This document shows positions 25,452-34,292 of a stretch of DNA of 51,590 nucleotides, in pieces. The stretch spans positions 1-51,590 of IMG/VR virus record IMGVR_UViG_3300044822_000051; one strand, given 5' to 3'. The notes below the pieces were generated by a model. The model saw only the letters and a list, made by a program, of their open reading frames with translations. It was not told where the DNA came from and searched no databases. The first letter of the stretch is position 1. Each line of letters starts with the position of its first letter. This DNA is from a virus (lineage: Duplodnaviria; Caudoviricetes). The translations under genes and the position numbers were made by a program.

Positions 25452-26204
25452 GTGAAGCTAGCCGCTGTTATCGACGTGATTGCGCCGTTTTTGGCGACGG
25501 ACAAGAAACCGGCTGATGTACAAAAGGCCATCTTGGCGGCAGACAAAAAGGCGAAGGATGCAGCGGGTTCGGGCCTGGGCTCACGTGAGCTCGAGGAGAG
25601 TGACCGGCCCGGCGCGAAGGATGCCGCCATGGACGCGCGTGAAGCAGCGTGTGATGAGCGCGAAGAGACCATGGACGCGGCTGAGGAAAAGGCTGACGCG
25701 GGCAAGGAAGACAAGGAAGCCAAGGACCGCAAAGCGGCCCGCGACAAGCGCGCCAAAGACCGCGCTGACCGGAAAATGGGCCGTGATAAGGCCGCAAGGG
25801 ACCGCAATGACGATCCCGAACACACAAATGATGAGAATTTTATGGAAGGAGCCAACCCGTCCACGCCCGGCGGTAGCCGCGCAGGTGGCAAGACTGCGAT
25901 TGACTCGGGCGAGGCTGACCGGCGCATTGCGGCGGCGATTGCCGCGCGTGACGCGCTCCATGCGGCTCGCACCGATGTGCAGTCGATTCTCGGCGTGACT
26001 GCATTCGACAGCGCGGGCGCGACGTACGCCGCTGCGCTGAAGCACCTTGGCGTAGCGACGGACGGCATTCCCGAGAGTGCCTACGGCGCCATGCTCGCGC
26101 TGGCGCGCAAGAGCGCGGCCCAGGCGCAGCCTACCGGCGCATCGGATGCCGCCACCGTGGCGACCATGTCCACCCTTATTCCCGGCTACGGCCGACTGCG
26201 TTAA
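25452..26204 (+). CDS. Capsid scaffolding protein
   Basis: Charged low-complexity helical protein; C-terminal AR.DV..ILG..AFDSA..Y..ALKHLGV; precedes decoration and capsid genes. Confidence 0.8.
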   Translation: MKLAAVIDVIAPFLATDKKPADVQKAILAADKKAKDAAGSGLGSRELEESDRPGAKDAAMDAREAACDEREETMDAAEEKADAGKEDKEAKDRKAARDKRAKDRADRKMGRDKAARDRNDDPEHTNDENFMEGANPSTPGGSRAGGKTAIDSGEADRRIAAAIAARDALHAARTDVQSILGVTAFDSAGATYAAALKHLGVATDGIPESAYGAMLALARKSAAQAQPTGASDAATVATMSTLIPGYGRLR

Positions 26205-26219
26205 TCGGAGCTGCTCTAC

Positions 26220-27359
26220 ATGCCTTTTCAAAGCGTAATCAACAATCAGCAGGCTCCCGCCGTACAGGGCGATTTCGCCAGCACTAACCCGTTTGCCTCA
26301 GTGCTCGCTGGCCAAGGTGCGCTTGTTGCGCCGGCTGGTGGTTTGATTGTAGGCAACTTTTTCTGGGTTGGCCCCACTGGCCAGTGCTCGCAGTCCTACG
26401 TCGCCGGCTACCAAATCGCGTTCTTAGGCCGCAACGAACAGGCCCTGATTACCGCGTTCCTGGGCGAGACCAGCCTCGTGGTCCCGGCGGGATTTATGAT
26501 CACAGGTTTCAATGAGGGTGACTTTTGGGCCAAGTTCCCGAATGGCGCCACTGTTGGGCAGAATGTGTACGCGGATCCGAACGACGGCACGCCGCTGGCT
26601 GGCGCGACTGCGCCCGGTCTGGCGTCGGGCACTGCTACGGGCGGATTCACTGGCACGGCGACAGTCGTAGCGGCATCCACCACGCTAACGGTTGCATCTG
26701 CTACGTCGGGCATTTTGTCGCCCGGCGACACGGTTACCCTGACCGGCGTTCCCGCAAACACCACAATTGTACAGCAGCTTACCGGCACGCCGGGCAAAGT
26801 TGGCACCTATCAAATGTCCGTGGCGGCTACCACGACGGAAGCTAGTGCGGAAGCCATCACTGGTAGCTCGTCACTGATCCTAGTGGGTACGGTTACTCAG
26901 GCAGGTTTCACGGCTGGCGACTCGGTCACGGGTACCGGTGTTGGGGCGGGCACTACTCTGACAGGTCAGGCTACCCCGTTCTCGGGCGTCGCAACACTGG
27001 CCACCAACACTACGTTGGTTATTACGTCGGTGCAGCCGAATACGGACTTGCTGCGCGTAGGCGCCACCGTGGTTGCGGCGGGCATTCCCTCGGGTACCAC
27101 GATTATTGCGCAGACTGCAGGCACCCCCGGCGGCATAGGCACATACACCCTTAGTGCGGCGTCCACGGTCACCGGTGCGGGTATCCCGATTACTACGGCT
27201 GACAGTGCGGGCGGCACAGGGCTGTATTCCGCCAACATCACTCAGGAATTTACCTCGGCGACGATTACAGCCGCGGGTACCGCCCAGACGACGCCCTTTA
27301 AGGTCCGTGGCACGTACAGCCCGCTCGCGAATGAGCTGGGCATCATCAGCACGAACTAA
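26220..27359 (+). CDS. Head decoration/cement protein with inserted Thr/Gly-rich domains
   Basis: FQ..IN.QQAPAVQGDFASTNP, GDFWA, G..VYA; repeated TGTPG..GTY units. Confidence 0.8.
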   Translation: MPFQSVINNQQAPAVQGDFASTNPFASVLAGQGALVAPAGGLIVGNFFWVGPTGQCSQSYVAGYQIAFLGRNEQALITAFLGETSLVVPAGFMITGFNEGDFWAKFPNGATVGQNVYADPNDGTPLAGATAPGLASGTATGGFTGTATVVAASTTLTVASATSGILSPGDTVTLTGVPANTTIVQQLTGTPGKVGTYQMSVAATTTEASAEAITGSSSLILVGTVTQAGFTAGDSVTGTGVGAGTTLTGQATPFSGVATLATNTTLVITSVQPNTDLLRVGATVVAAGIPSGTTIIAQTAGTPGGIGTYTLSAASTVTGAGIPITTADSAGGTGLYSANITQEFTSATITAAGTAQTTPFKVRGTYSPLANELGIISTN

Positions 27360-27397
27360 CACCGGCCAATAGCACCCGAGAGATTACGGAACTCATT

Positions 27398-28435
27398 ATG
27401 CAGCGAATCGCACTCGATCACGTGGACCTTGGCCGGCGATACGGCATTCACTTTATGCAGGACGGCGTCCGGGAATTGTCCGGCCTGTCCTTCATGGACC
27501 CGAGTTCCGCGTATGACGCACAGCCCGCATTGGTGACCACGGCCAACAGCGGCGTGCCCAGCCTGTTCACCACGTACGTAGATCCGCGGGTGATCGAAGT
27601 ATTGGTGCGCCCGACCAAGGCAGCCGAGCTGTATGGTGAGCAGAAAAAGGGCACGTGGGTATCCGACACCATCATGTTCCTGATGGCTGAGCGGACGGGC
27701 TTGGTCTCCAGTTACGGTGACTTCAGCAACGATGGCATGTCAAATGCCAACGTGCAATTCCCGCAGCGCCAGAGCTACCACTATCAGACCAACACTCGTT
27801 GGGGCCAGCGCGAACTTGCGCGCATGGCTGAAGCCAAGATTGACTGGGCCAATCAGGTCAACATGGGCTCGGTGCTGGCACTGAATAAGTACCAGAATTT
27901 GACCTACCTGTACGGCGTGGCCGGTTTGCAGTGCTACGGTGGCACTAATGACCCGTCGCTGCCTGCGCCTATCGCGCCCACGAGCTCGTGGTTTGGCGCC
28001 GACGCGGCGGTCATCTATGGCGACATGCTCCGTCTGGTGCAGGAAGCGATTGCCCAGGGCAACGGCCTGATTGACGCGGAGTCGCCGTTCCGATTGGGTA
28101 TCAGCCCCGGCAACGTGACCAACTTCAACAACACGACCCAGTACAACGTCAACGTGTTCGACCAGTTGAAAAAGAATTTTCCGAACATGAAAATCATCAC
28201 CATTCCCGAGTTCGCGGTGAATGGCGGTGGTGGCGTAACGGGCGGCACTGAGCTGGTACAGCTTATTTGCGAAGGTATCGAAGGCCAGCCGACGTGTACG
28301 GCGGCGTTTACCGAAAAAATGCGCTCGCATGCGATGATTACGAAAACCAGCTCGTGGGAACAGAAGAAGTCTCAGGGCACCTGGGGCGTTATTATCTGGC
28401 TGCCTGTCGCCATCGCGCAAATGTACGGAGCGTAA
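27398..28435 (+). CDS. Major capsid protein (DUF2184 / encapsulin-like)
   Basis: AYDAQPALVT..NSGVP..TTYVDP.VI, KKGTW, YGDFS, RQSYHYQT..WG..EL, FTEKMRSH. Confidence 0.93.
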   Translation: MQRIALDHVDLGRRYGIHFMQDGVRELSGLSFMDPSSAYDAQPALVTTANSGVPSLFTTYVDPRVIEVLVRPTKAAELYGEQKKGTWVSDTIMFLMAERTGLVSSYGDFSNDGMSNANVQFPQRQSYHYQTNTRWGQRELARMAEAKIDWANQVNMGSVLALNKYQNLTYLYGVAGLQCYGGTNDPSLPAPIAPTSSWFGADAAVIYGDMLRLVQEAIAQGNGLIDAESPFRLGISPGNVTNFNNTTQYNVNVFDQLKKNFPNMKIITIPEFAVNGGGGVTGGTELVQLICEGIEGQPTCTAAFTEKMRSHAMITKTSSWEQKKSQGTWGVIIWLPVAIAQMYGA

Positions 28436-28436
28436 C

Positions 28437-29000
28437 ATGTTGGCCCGCTACGGCGGGACGTTATACGAAGGCGCGTTTGCCTCACGGGTTCTAGGGCAGA
28501 ATCTTGAGACGCTCGCGCCTTTTGCGTCTTGTCCAGCCGGCGAAGGTGCGTGGCGGGCCGGCCAGGGCGGCATTTTGCAAGGCCGGTTTGGTTGGGGTGA
28601 TCCCAACACCGGCCTTGTGCTCAACACACAAATTACGCCGGCTGACGCATTAGGCATAATTATCCCCTTGCAGTCAGTCAATGGCGCCAATGGTGGCGTA
28701 GTAGGCGGCCCTGAGGCTTTAGGCGGCCGACAAGCTCAATGGACGTGGCAAACGTGGGATGCCGCCAACCGCGCGTGGAGGTTGCGAGCCGGGCTCGTGG
28801 CGACGCTGATGAGTGGTGGCAACTTCTGGCTGCGTTTTCCCGGTGGCGCAAATTACGGTGATCAGGTATATGTATCGTTGGCGGACGGTTCCGCCATTTC
28901 CGGGGGTCCTGCAACTGGGAGCCTGCCTACCCCATGGTGGGTTTGCGGAGATGGCAGTCCGGGCGCACTGACAGTTGTTTCATCAACCGCTTCATTCTGA
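28437..29000 (+). CDS. Head-decoration paralog
   Basis: GRFGW, GNFWLRFPGGA..GDQVY...DG similar to the 26220 protein. Confidence 0.6.
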   Translation: MLARYGGTLYEGAFASRVLGQNLETLAPFASCPAGEGAWRAGQGGILQGRFGWGDPNTGLVLNTQITPADALGIIIPLQSVNGANGGVVGGPEALGGRQAQWTWQTWDAANRAWRLRAGLVATLMSGGNFWLRFPGGANYGDQVYVSLADGSAISGGPATGSLPTPWWVCGDGSPGALTVVSSTASF

Positions 29001-29010
29001 GGTAAAAGTT

Positions 29011-29466
29011 ATGGCGGATGTAAGAGATGAAGTTATCACGATTGGGTGCCGATTGCCCAGCGGTTATAAGTTGGAAGTTGGGTACGAAGTCGCCACGAAG
29101 GTGGGTAACGGCCTTGCGACTCAGGTCCGTAAGTTGGACAGCTACCGGACATTTAAGCTCAAGGGTACCCACGAGCACACACGTGCGCAGCGATTGGCCA
29201 ACATCCAAGTGCCGTCCCTGCTGCGCCCCAAGCCGTTCATCAATCGTGACGTACCCAAGGCCTTGTGGGACGAGTGGAAACGCGTTCACGCCCGTTCGCC
29301 ATTGCTCACCAATGGCACACTGTTCGAGGTGAAACAGACCGACGACCGCGGCATTGCTGCCGCGACGCTGGACGCCATGGCGCACGACGCGCCGTTTGAG
29401 CCAATCGACCCATCAGTGCAAATGAAGGTTGGCGCCAAGGTCGAAAAAGCCAATTTCGAAGAGTAA
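29011..29466 (+). CDS. Virion-associated hypothetical protein
   Basis: TIGCRLPSG..L...VPKALWDEW..H...FEPIDP; follows the capsid genes. Confidence 0.75.
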   Translation: MADVRDEVITIGCRLPSGYKLEVGYEVATKVGNGLATQVRKLDSYRTFKLKGTHEHTRAQRLANIQVPSLLRPKPFINRDVPKALWDEWKRVHARSPLLTNGTLFEVKQTDDRGIAAATLDAMAHDAPFEPIDPSVQMKVGAKVEKANFEE

Positions 29467-29471
29467 GGCCC

Positions 29472-29981
29472 ATGCCCGTAATTCCGTGCCCATCGCCTTG
29501 CCCTCAGCCTGTAATTGGCGTTGTTCAATTTTCAGCTCCTGAGTTCGTGGCGATTTGGCCGGAATTCGCAGGTATCGCCAACCCGGTAATGGCGAATCAG
29601 TTTACCGGTGCGCAGCTACTACTGAATAACTCGTGCGGCTCGCGCGTGCGGGATGCCAACACGCGGTTGTATCTGTTGTATCTGTTGACTGCGCATTTGA
29701 CGTTCTTGAACGCGGGCACAAATGACGGTGCGGGCAATGTTACGCCTGCGCCGGGCATTGTGGGCCGTATAGATAACGCTGCCGAGGGGTCGGTTAGCGT
29801 CGGTGCGGCGTATTCGTCCCAGGTGAGCCAGAGTGAAGCGTTTTTTATCCAAACGAAATATGGGGCGCAGTTTTGGCAGGAGACGGCGCAGTATCGCACG
29901 TTCCACTATGTTGGCGCTCCCGCATATGGACCCAATGCCCCCGGCTCACCTTGGCCTGGGGTGGGCGACTATGGATGGTAA
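29472..29981 (+). CDS. Head-tail adaptor (DUF4054)
   Basis: F...WPEF, LYLLTAHL, VGRI..A.EGSVSV, QTKYGAQFW..TAQYR. Confidence 0.88.
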   Translation: MPVIPCPSPCPQPVIGVVQFSAPEFVAIWPEFAGIANPVMANQFTGAQLLLNNSCGSRVRDANTRLYLLYLLTAHLTFLNAGTNDGAGNVTPAPGIVGRIDNAAEGSVSVGAAYSSQVSQSEAFFIQTKYGAQFWQETAQYRTFHYVGAPAYGPNAPGSPWPGVGDYGW

Positions 29982-30454
29982 ATTACTCTTTCAGCGGCGG
30001 CTCGAAAATGAAGCTGGCTCTGCAACGAATTCAATCCAAGGTTGCGGGTGAAAGCCTCGTTCGTGTTGGGTTTCTTGAGAACGCCACTTATCCCGTAACC
30101 AGCGCAGTTAAGCAGGCGTTAGGCACCGCAACGCCGTTGCACGTGGCCACGGTGGCTTGGATGAATAACTTCGGCACAAGCCGCGCGAAGGCGCGTCCGT
30201 TTTTCTCCGACATGATTGACGAACAGTCCCCCACGTGGGGCAGTAAGATTGCCAACGGACTACGTGCTACAAATTACAACACAACTAAGACGCTCAGGCT
30301 GTTAGGTATTGATATAAGCGATGCGTTAGTGACCAAGATTCAAACTTGGCCCGCAGACAACGCACCGGCCACGGTGGCCAAAAAAGGATTTAACAAAGGT
30401 CTGATAGAGAGTGCCGTGATGGAGCGTAACGTCGATTACGAGGTGATCCGGTGA
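29975..30454 (+). CDS. Neck / tail-completion protein
   Basis: VRVGFLENATYP, VA..NNFGT...RPFF, NAPATVAKKGFNK.LI. Confidence 0.8.
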   Translation: MVNYSFSGGSKMKLALQRIQSKVAGESLVRVGFLENATYPVTSAVKQALGTATPLHVATVAWMNNFGTSRAKARPFFSDMIDEQSPTWGSKIANGLRATNYNTTKTLRLLGIDISDALVTKIQTWPADNAPATVAKKGFNKGLIESAVMERNVDYEVIR

Positions 30455-30852
30455 ATTTACACGGTACTGTACGTGGCGCGATTACCTCAGTGAACCCTGA
30501 TAAGCCAGTGCAGTGGCTTGCGTCCGCGGGTCCTAGTGTTGCGCCGGGCGGCAAACAGACAGCTACCTTCGCTGCCGCCGTTACTTTGCAAGGTCAGATC
30601 CAAGCGGCTCCTACTTCGATGTTGAAGCGGTATAATCTCCTGTCAGGCAATGAGATTTATCGCACGGTGTATTTCTACGGCCAGCGTCAGGCGATCAATC
30701 GCGCGGCCCAGCTTGGCGGGGATTTGTTGCAGTTCCCTGAAGTTCCTAACGGAACTACCCGCACGTGGCTGATTATCAAAGTGCCCGAGCAATGGCCCGA
30801 CTGGTGTTGTGTATTGTGCGTTATGCAATTGGACCCGAATAACCCGCCATGA
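30451..30852 (+). CDS. Head-closure protein
   Basis: MNLHG.VRGAI..VNP, GQIQA, GGDLL.F, WL...V.EQWPDWC. Confidence 0.75.
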   Translation: MNLHGTVRGAITSVNPDKPVQWLASAGPSVAPGGKQTATFAAAVTLQGQIQAAPTSMLKRYNLLSGNEIYRTVYFYGQRQAINRAAQLGGDLLQFPEVPNGTTRTWLIIKVPEQWPDWCCVLCVMQLDPNNPP

Positions 30853-31385
30853 GCTACTCTGTCAGTATCACACTTCAGAATGTGTATGAAGTGGTGCAAC
30901 CGCTGGTCATGGCGGTGACCGGGCTCGGGCAGAGTTTGGTGATACAGGACGCGCCGAATCGCAGCGCTATGCCGCCGGCATCGCCCGGATTCGTGGTCAT
31001 GCAGCTCACGCGGCAAAAACGCCTGCGCACGAATGTGGACACGACTCCGCCGGGTGCGAATCCTACCACTCAGTCGATTGAACAAGGGACGGAGCTTACG
31101 CTGCAGTTGGATTGTTATGGCGCCAGCTCAGGCGACTGGGCACAGATGTTGTCCGCGATCCTACGTGACGAACAGGGCTGCAATGCGCTAGAGCCCACGT
31201 GTGACCCACTTTATTGCGACGACCCCATGTGGGCGCCATTGGATGATTCAGAGCTGCAGTACGAGCAACATTGGATGCTATTTGCGAAACTGCAGTACAA
31301 TCCGATAACCACGGTGGGCCAGCAGTACGCCGACATCGTGGATTTTACACCGGTCAGCGTCAATCAGAAATTTCCTCCGGGTTGA
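30849..31385 (+). CDS. Tail terminator / neck protein
   Basis: NR..MP, RLRTN, QLDCYG, PLYCDDP, QYE..W...LQYNP. Confidence 0.75.
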   Translation: MSYSVSITLQNVYEVVQPLVMAVTGLGQSLVIQDAPNRSAMPPASPGFVVMQLTRQKRLRTNVDTTPPGANPTTQSIEQGTELTLQLDCYGASSGDWAQMLSAILRDEQGCNALEPTCDPLYCDDPMWAPLDDSELQYEQHWMLFAKLQYNPITTVGQQYADIVDFTPVSVNQKFPPG

Positions 31386-31638
31386 CCGGTGGGACGCCCG
31401 CGCACGATTTGAACTCGGGCGGCTTGTCGCACAGTTTCTTAAACTCCTTCCGATGTTGTTCTACAGTCTGCCATTCGCGCCAAATCACGTGAATGACTTG
31501 GCGTTCATCGTCACAGCATTCGGTGAGCTGTGCCGCGAGTGACCAAACCATGTCCATAAGCGCGGCCTTGCTCAATTTCCCCAGTTCCCCGGTATGTTTG
31601 TAAGGGACCAAGGCGGGCGGAATATTTTTAAGATGCAT
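31360..31638 (-). CDS. Hypothetical moron protein
   Basis: AGGA RBS; part of an antisense cassette. Confidence 0.65.
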   Translation of the reverse strand: MHLKNIPPALVPYKHTGELGKLSKAALMDMVWSLAAQLTECCDDERQVIHVIWREWQTVEQHRKEFKKLCDKPPEFKSCAGVPPVNPEEISD

Positions 31639-31686
31639 GTTTAGTTCCTGTTAGTTGAGCTGCTAGATCGATTTGCTGGCAGTTGG

Positions 31687-32145
31687 TCAGCGAACGGTCC
31701 CGCCTTGGTTGTACAATCGCACGAATGCCAGCGCAAGGGTGCGCCTGTATTCGGTCCGCGCCGATGCGCTAACGCGGTCGTACTCGGCCCATGCGGCGGC
31801 GCGAACGCGGTCAAACTCGGCCTGTGCGGCGGCGCAAACGCGGTCGTACTCAGCCAGCGCCGGTGCGCGAACGCGGTTGTACTCAGCCAGCGCCGATGCG
31901 TAAACGCGGTCGTACTCGGCCCATGCGGCGGCGCAAACGCGGTCGTACTCAGCCAGCGCCGGTGCGCAAACGCGGTCGTACTCAGCCCGCGCGGTTAGGG
32001 GGAGAAGCTCACCGACCCAACTCCGACGGAACTTATCGACTACCTTTAGGGCGACTTCCTCGGTGACTTCCACAGAGTCGCCAAACAGCGCGCGTTGGCC
32101 TTCGCATGCGCCGGCATCAATTAATTGTTGCAGTGTTAGTTTCAC
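31687..32145 (-). CDS. Protein with 11-aa tandem repeats (AEYDRVCAPAL/AAAW)
   Basis: AGGAG RBS; about seven 33-nt repeats at 31747-31987. Confidence 0.85.
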   Translation of the reverse strand: MKLTLQQLIDAGACEGQRALFGDSVEVTEEVALKVVDKFRRSWVGELLPLTARAEYDRVCAPALAEYDRVCAAAWAEYDRVYASALAEYNRVRAPALAEYDRVCAAAQAEFDRVRAAAWAEYDRVSASARTEYRRTLALAFVRLYNQGGTVR

Positions 32146-32267
32146 GTTTCTAGCTCCTGTTTGGTTGTAAGGCGTCGCTGGTGCCTGTCGGCATCGGGTT
32201 GCGCCCGTGTGGACAGGCGCAACCGCGTTGACTACAGTTCCAAGTTATGTTTGTCCGATGCTCAAGG

Positions 32268-32531
32268 TTAGGTCAGATCGTATCCGGTGATAGTCCACTC
32301 AAGGTCGCTCAAGTCCTCAACCCCCTCCAGATCGGCGGCCGACTGGTAGTAGTACGCGGTCAACACAGCATCGCCGTTATCCGAAATTGACGCTGAGTAT
32401 TCCACGCTATCGTCACCATCAGTCTGCAGGCGACCCGTGGGCGCGCAGTTGACGCTATCCAGCATGTTTACCAGCTCGGCGCCAATCGCCTGAATTGCCT
32501 GCTCGCGAGTCATTATGCCTTTGGTGCTCAT
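32268..32531 (-). CDS. Small acidic hypothetical protein
   Basis: AACTGGAGA RBS; first gene after an operator promoter. Confidence 0.8.
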   Translation of the reverse strand: MSTKGIMTREQAIQAIGAELVNMLDSVNCAPTGRLQTDGDDSVEYSASISDNGDAVLTAYYYQSAADLEGVEDLSDLEWTITGYDLT

Positions 32532-32558
32532 TGTCGTGTCTCTCCAGTTGGTGAGCCC

Positions 32559-32587
32559 AGTATACTGACGGCGCCGTCAGTTTGCAA
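32559..32587 (-). promoter_or_regulatory. Operator-spacer promoter (consensus copy)
   Basis: TTGCAA-ACTGACGGCGCCGTCAG-TATACT. Confidence 0.85.
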
Positions 32588-32662
32588 GCTCTAATTGGCA
32601 TTTAACATAATCCCGTGCAATACTCTGGCGAGCATTAACCCTCGCTGGGGACTATTACGCAC

Positions 32663-34291
32663 ATGCGCTTACGACTTTTTGCCGCCCTGGCGCTCGCCTT
32701 GTTTGCAACCGCCGGCCACGCGCAACAGCTCATCAATTGCGCTACCGCCACCCCTTGCGCTAACAACGGCCCCACGAATACCGGCACCGGCGACCAGCTT
32801 CCTACCGCCGGCACCAAGATAAACGCGAATTTTCTGGCGCTGCCTAGTGAGCTGTTTAACGGGTTACCTTTGACGGTGGCTCATGGCGGCACGGGCACCG
32901 CGAGTCCCACCGTCACGCAAGGCTCGGGTATCACAATTACGGGCACGTGGCCCAATCTGACCATTAGCGCCACGGGTGGCAGTACGCCTCCGTCACCGGC
33001 TTACGGCACGATTTACAACAACAACGGCTCCTACGGCAGTCTCCTTCCGGGGTCAACTGGCGTGTATTGTCTCAATTGGGGCAGTTTAACCGCGGCGCCC
33101 ACCTTGACGACTTCGTGCGGCGGCTCGGGTGGCGCAGGGTTCGCGGCCATCACCAGCGGCACGAATACGACGGCGACCATGACCGTGGGATCTGGCGGCA
33201 CGGTCACCTATGCCGGCTCGGGCGTAGTCAATGCCAATGAGATAGCTGGGCTAGTCTGGCCAAGTTTGGTCAACGGCGACTGTCTCACCAATAACGGGAC
33301 TGCTCTTTCGTGGGGCGCATGTGGCTCGGGTTCGAACGCGTTTAGCAGCCTCACTAGCGGCACCAATACAGCCATGGCGGCACTGTGCGGCACTGGCTGC
33401 AGTATCGGCGCTACAGGCTCGGGAACGATTACGGCGACCGCTGCGCCCGTGGCCGGCATTACCGGGTTTGGCACCGGCATTGAGACGTTCCTCGCCACTC
33501 CGAGCAGTGCCAACCTGCTGAGCGCACTGACGACCAAAACCGGCACCGGCGTGGCCGTATTCGGCACATCGCCCACGCTGACCACTCCCGCCCTGGCCGG
33601 CTCGTCCACGGGTACCACGACTTTCGCCAGTGCGAACGCCAGCGCTACGAACTACACCATCACATTCCCGGCCGCGACGGGCACGTTGCCGTACTGGGCC
33701 ACTACCCCGGTCAGCGGCGACTGTCTGCAGTATTCCGGCACTGCGGGACTCGTGGTCTCTGTGGCGTGCTCGGGCGGCGCAGTCTCCAGTGTCACCGCCG
33801 GCACATCAGGATCCGTGTCCGCATCGCCCACCACGGGCGCGGTTGTAGTCGATTTGGCGAGTCAATCGGCGGGCACCATGTGCGCCAATTTGACCGGTTC
33901 GGCGGGCGCTCCCACATGCGGCAATACAATGGCGTCGTTACAATCCGCATTGACTGCGGCAAACGCGCTAGAAGTCTCGGCTACTTTGTCGAGTGGCGCG
34001 ACCAACAATTACTCGCCTACCGGCTACGGCACCACTACGGCGATTCTGAATTTGACGCCCGCCTCGGGGGGCTCATCACTGACGGGACTTGCGGCCGGTT
34101 CGGCGATGCAACAGATTTTCATCATTAACGCCGAGGCTGCGGGCGGCACGGATAACATTACGCTTACCAATCAATCCAGCAGCTCTACCGCGGCGAATCG
34201 GTTCTTAGCTTCCGGAAACCTTGTAATTCCCCCAGGTGGTGGAGTGCAGTGTCTTTACCGGTCATCGGTTTCTTACTGGTGGTGTCACTAA
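32663..34291 (+). CDS. Signal-peptide-bearing fibre-like protein
   Basis: MRLRLFAALALALFATAGHA signal; GTGD.L.TAG.KINANF virion-anchor motif; Thr/Gly/Ser-rich; 14 Cys. Confidence 0.8.
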   Translation: MRLRLFAALALALFATAGHAQQLINCATATPCANNGPTNTGTGDQLPTAGTKINANFLALPSELFNGLPLTVAHGGTGTASPTVTQGSGITITGTWPNLTISATGGSTPPSPAYGTIYNNNGSYGSLLPGSTGVYCLNWGSLTAAPTLTTSCGGSGGAGFAAITSGTNTTATMTVGSGGTVTYAGSGVVNANEIAGLVWPSLVNGDCLTNNGTALSWGACGSGSNAFSSLTSGTNTAMAALCGTGCSIGATGSGTITATAAPVAGITGFGTGIETFLATPSSANLLSALTTKTGTGVAVFGTSPTLTTPALAGSSTGTTTFASANASATNYTITFPAATGTLPYWATTPVSGDCLQYSGTAGLVVSVACSGGAVSSVTAGTSGSVSASPTTGAVVVDLASQSAGTMCANLTGSAGAPTCGNTMASLQSALTAANALEVSATLSSGATNNYSPTGYGTTTAILNLTPASGGSSLTGLAAGSAMQQIFIINAEAAGGTDNITLTNQSSSSTAANRFLASGNLVIPPGGGVQCLYRSSVSYWWCH

Positions 34292-34292
34292 A

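Noticed and set aside
31747-31987. 33-nt tandem repeats as CRISPR or ncRNA array
   Set aside because: No spacers; the repeats are in-frame coding units
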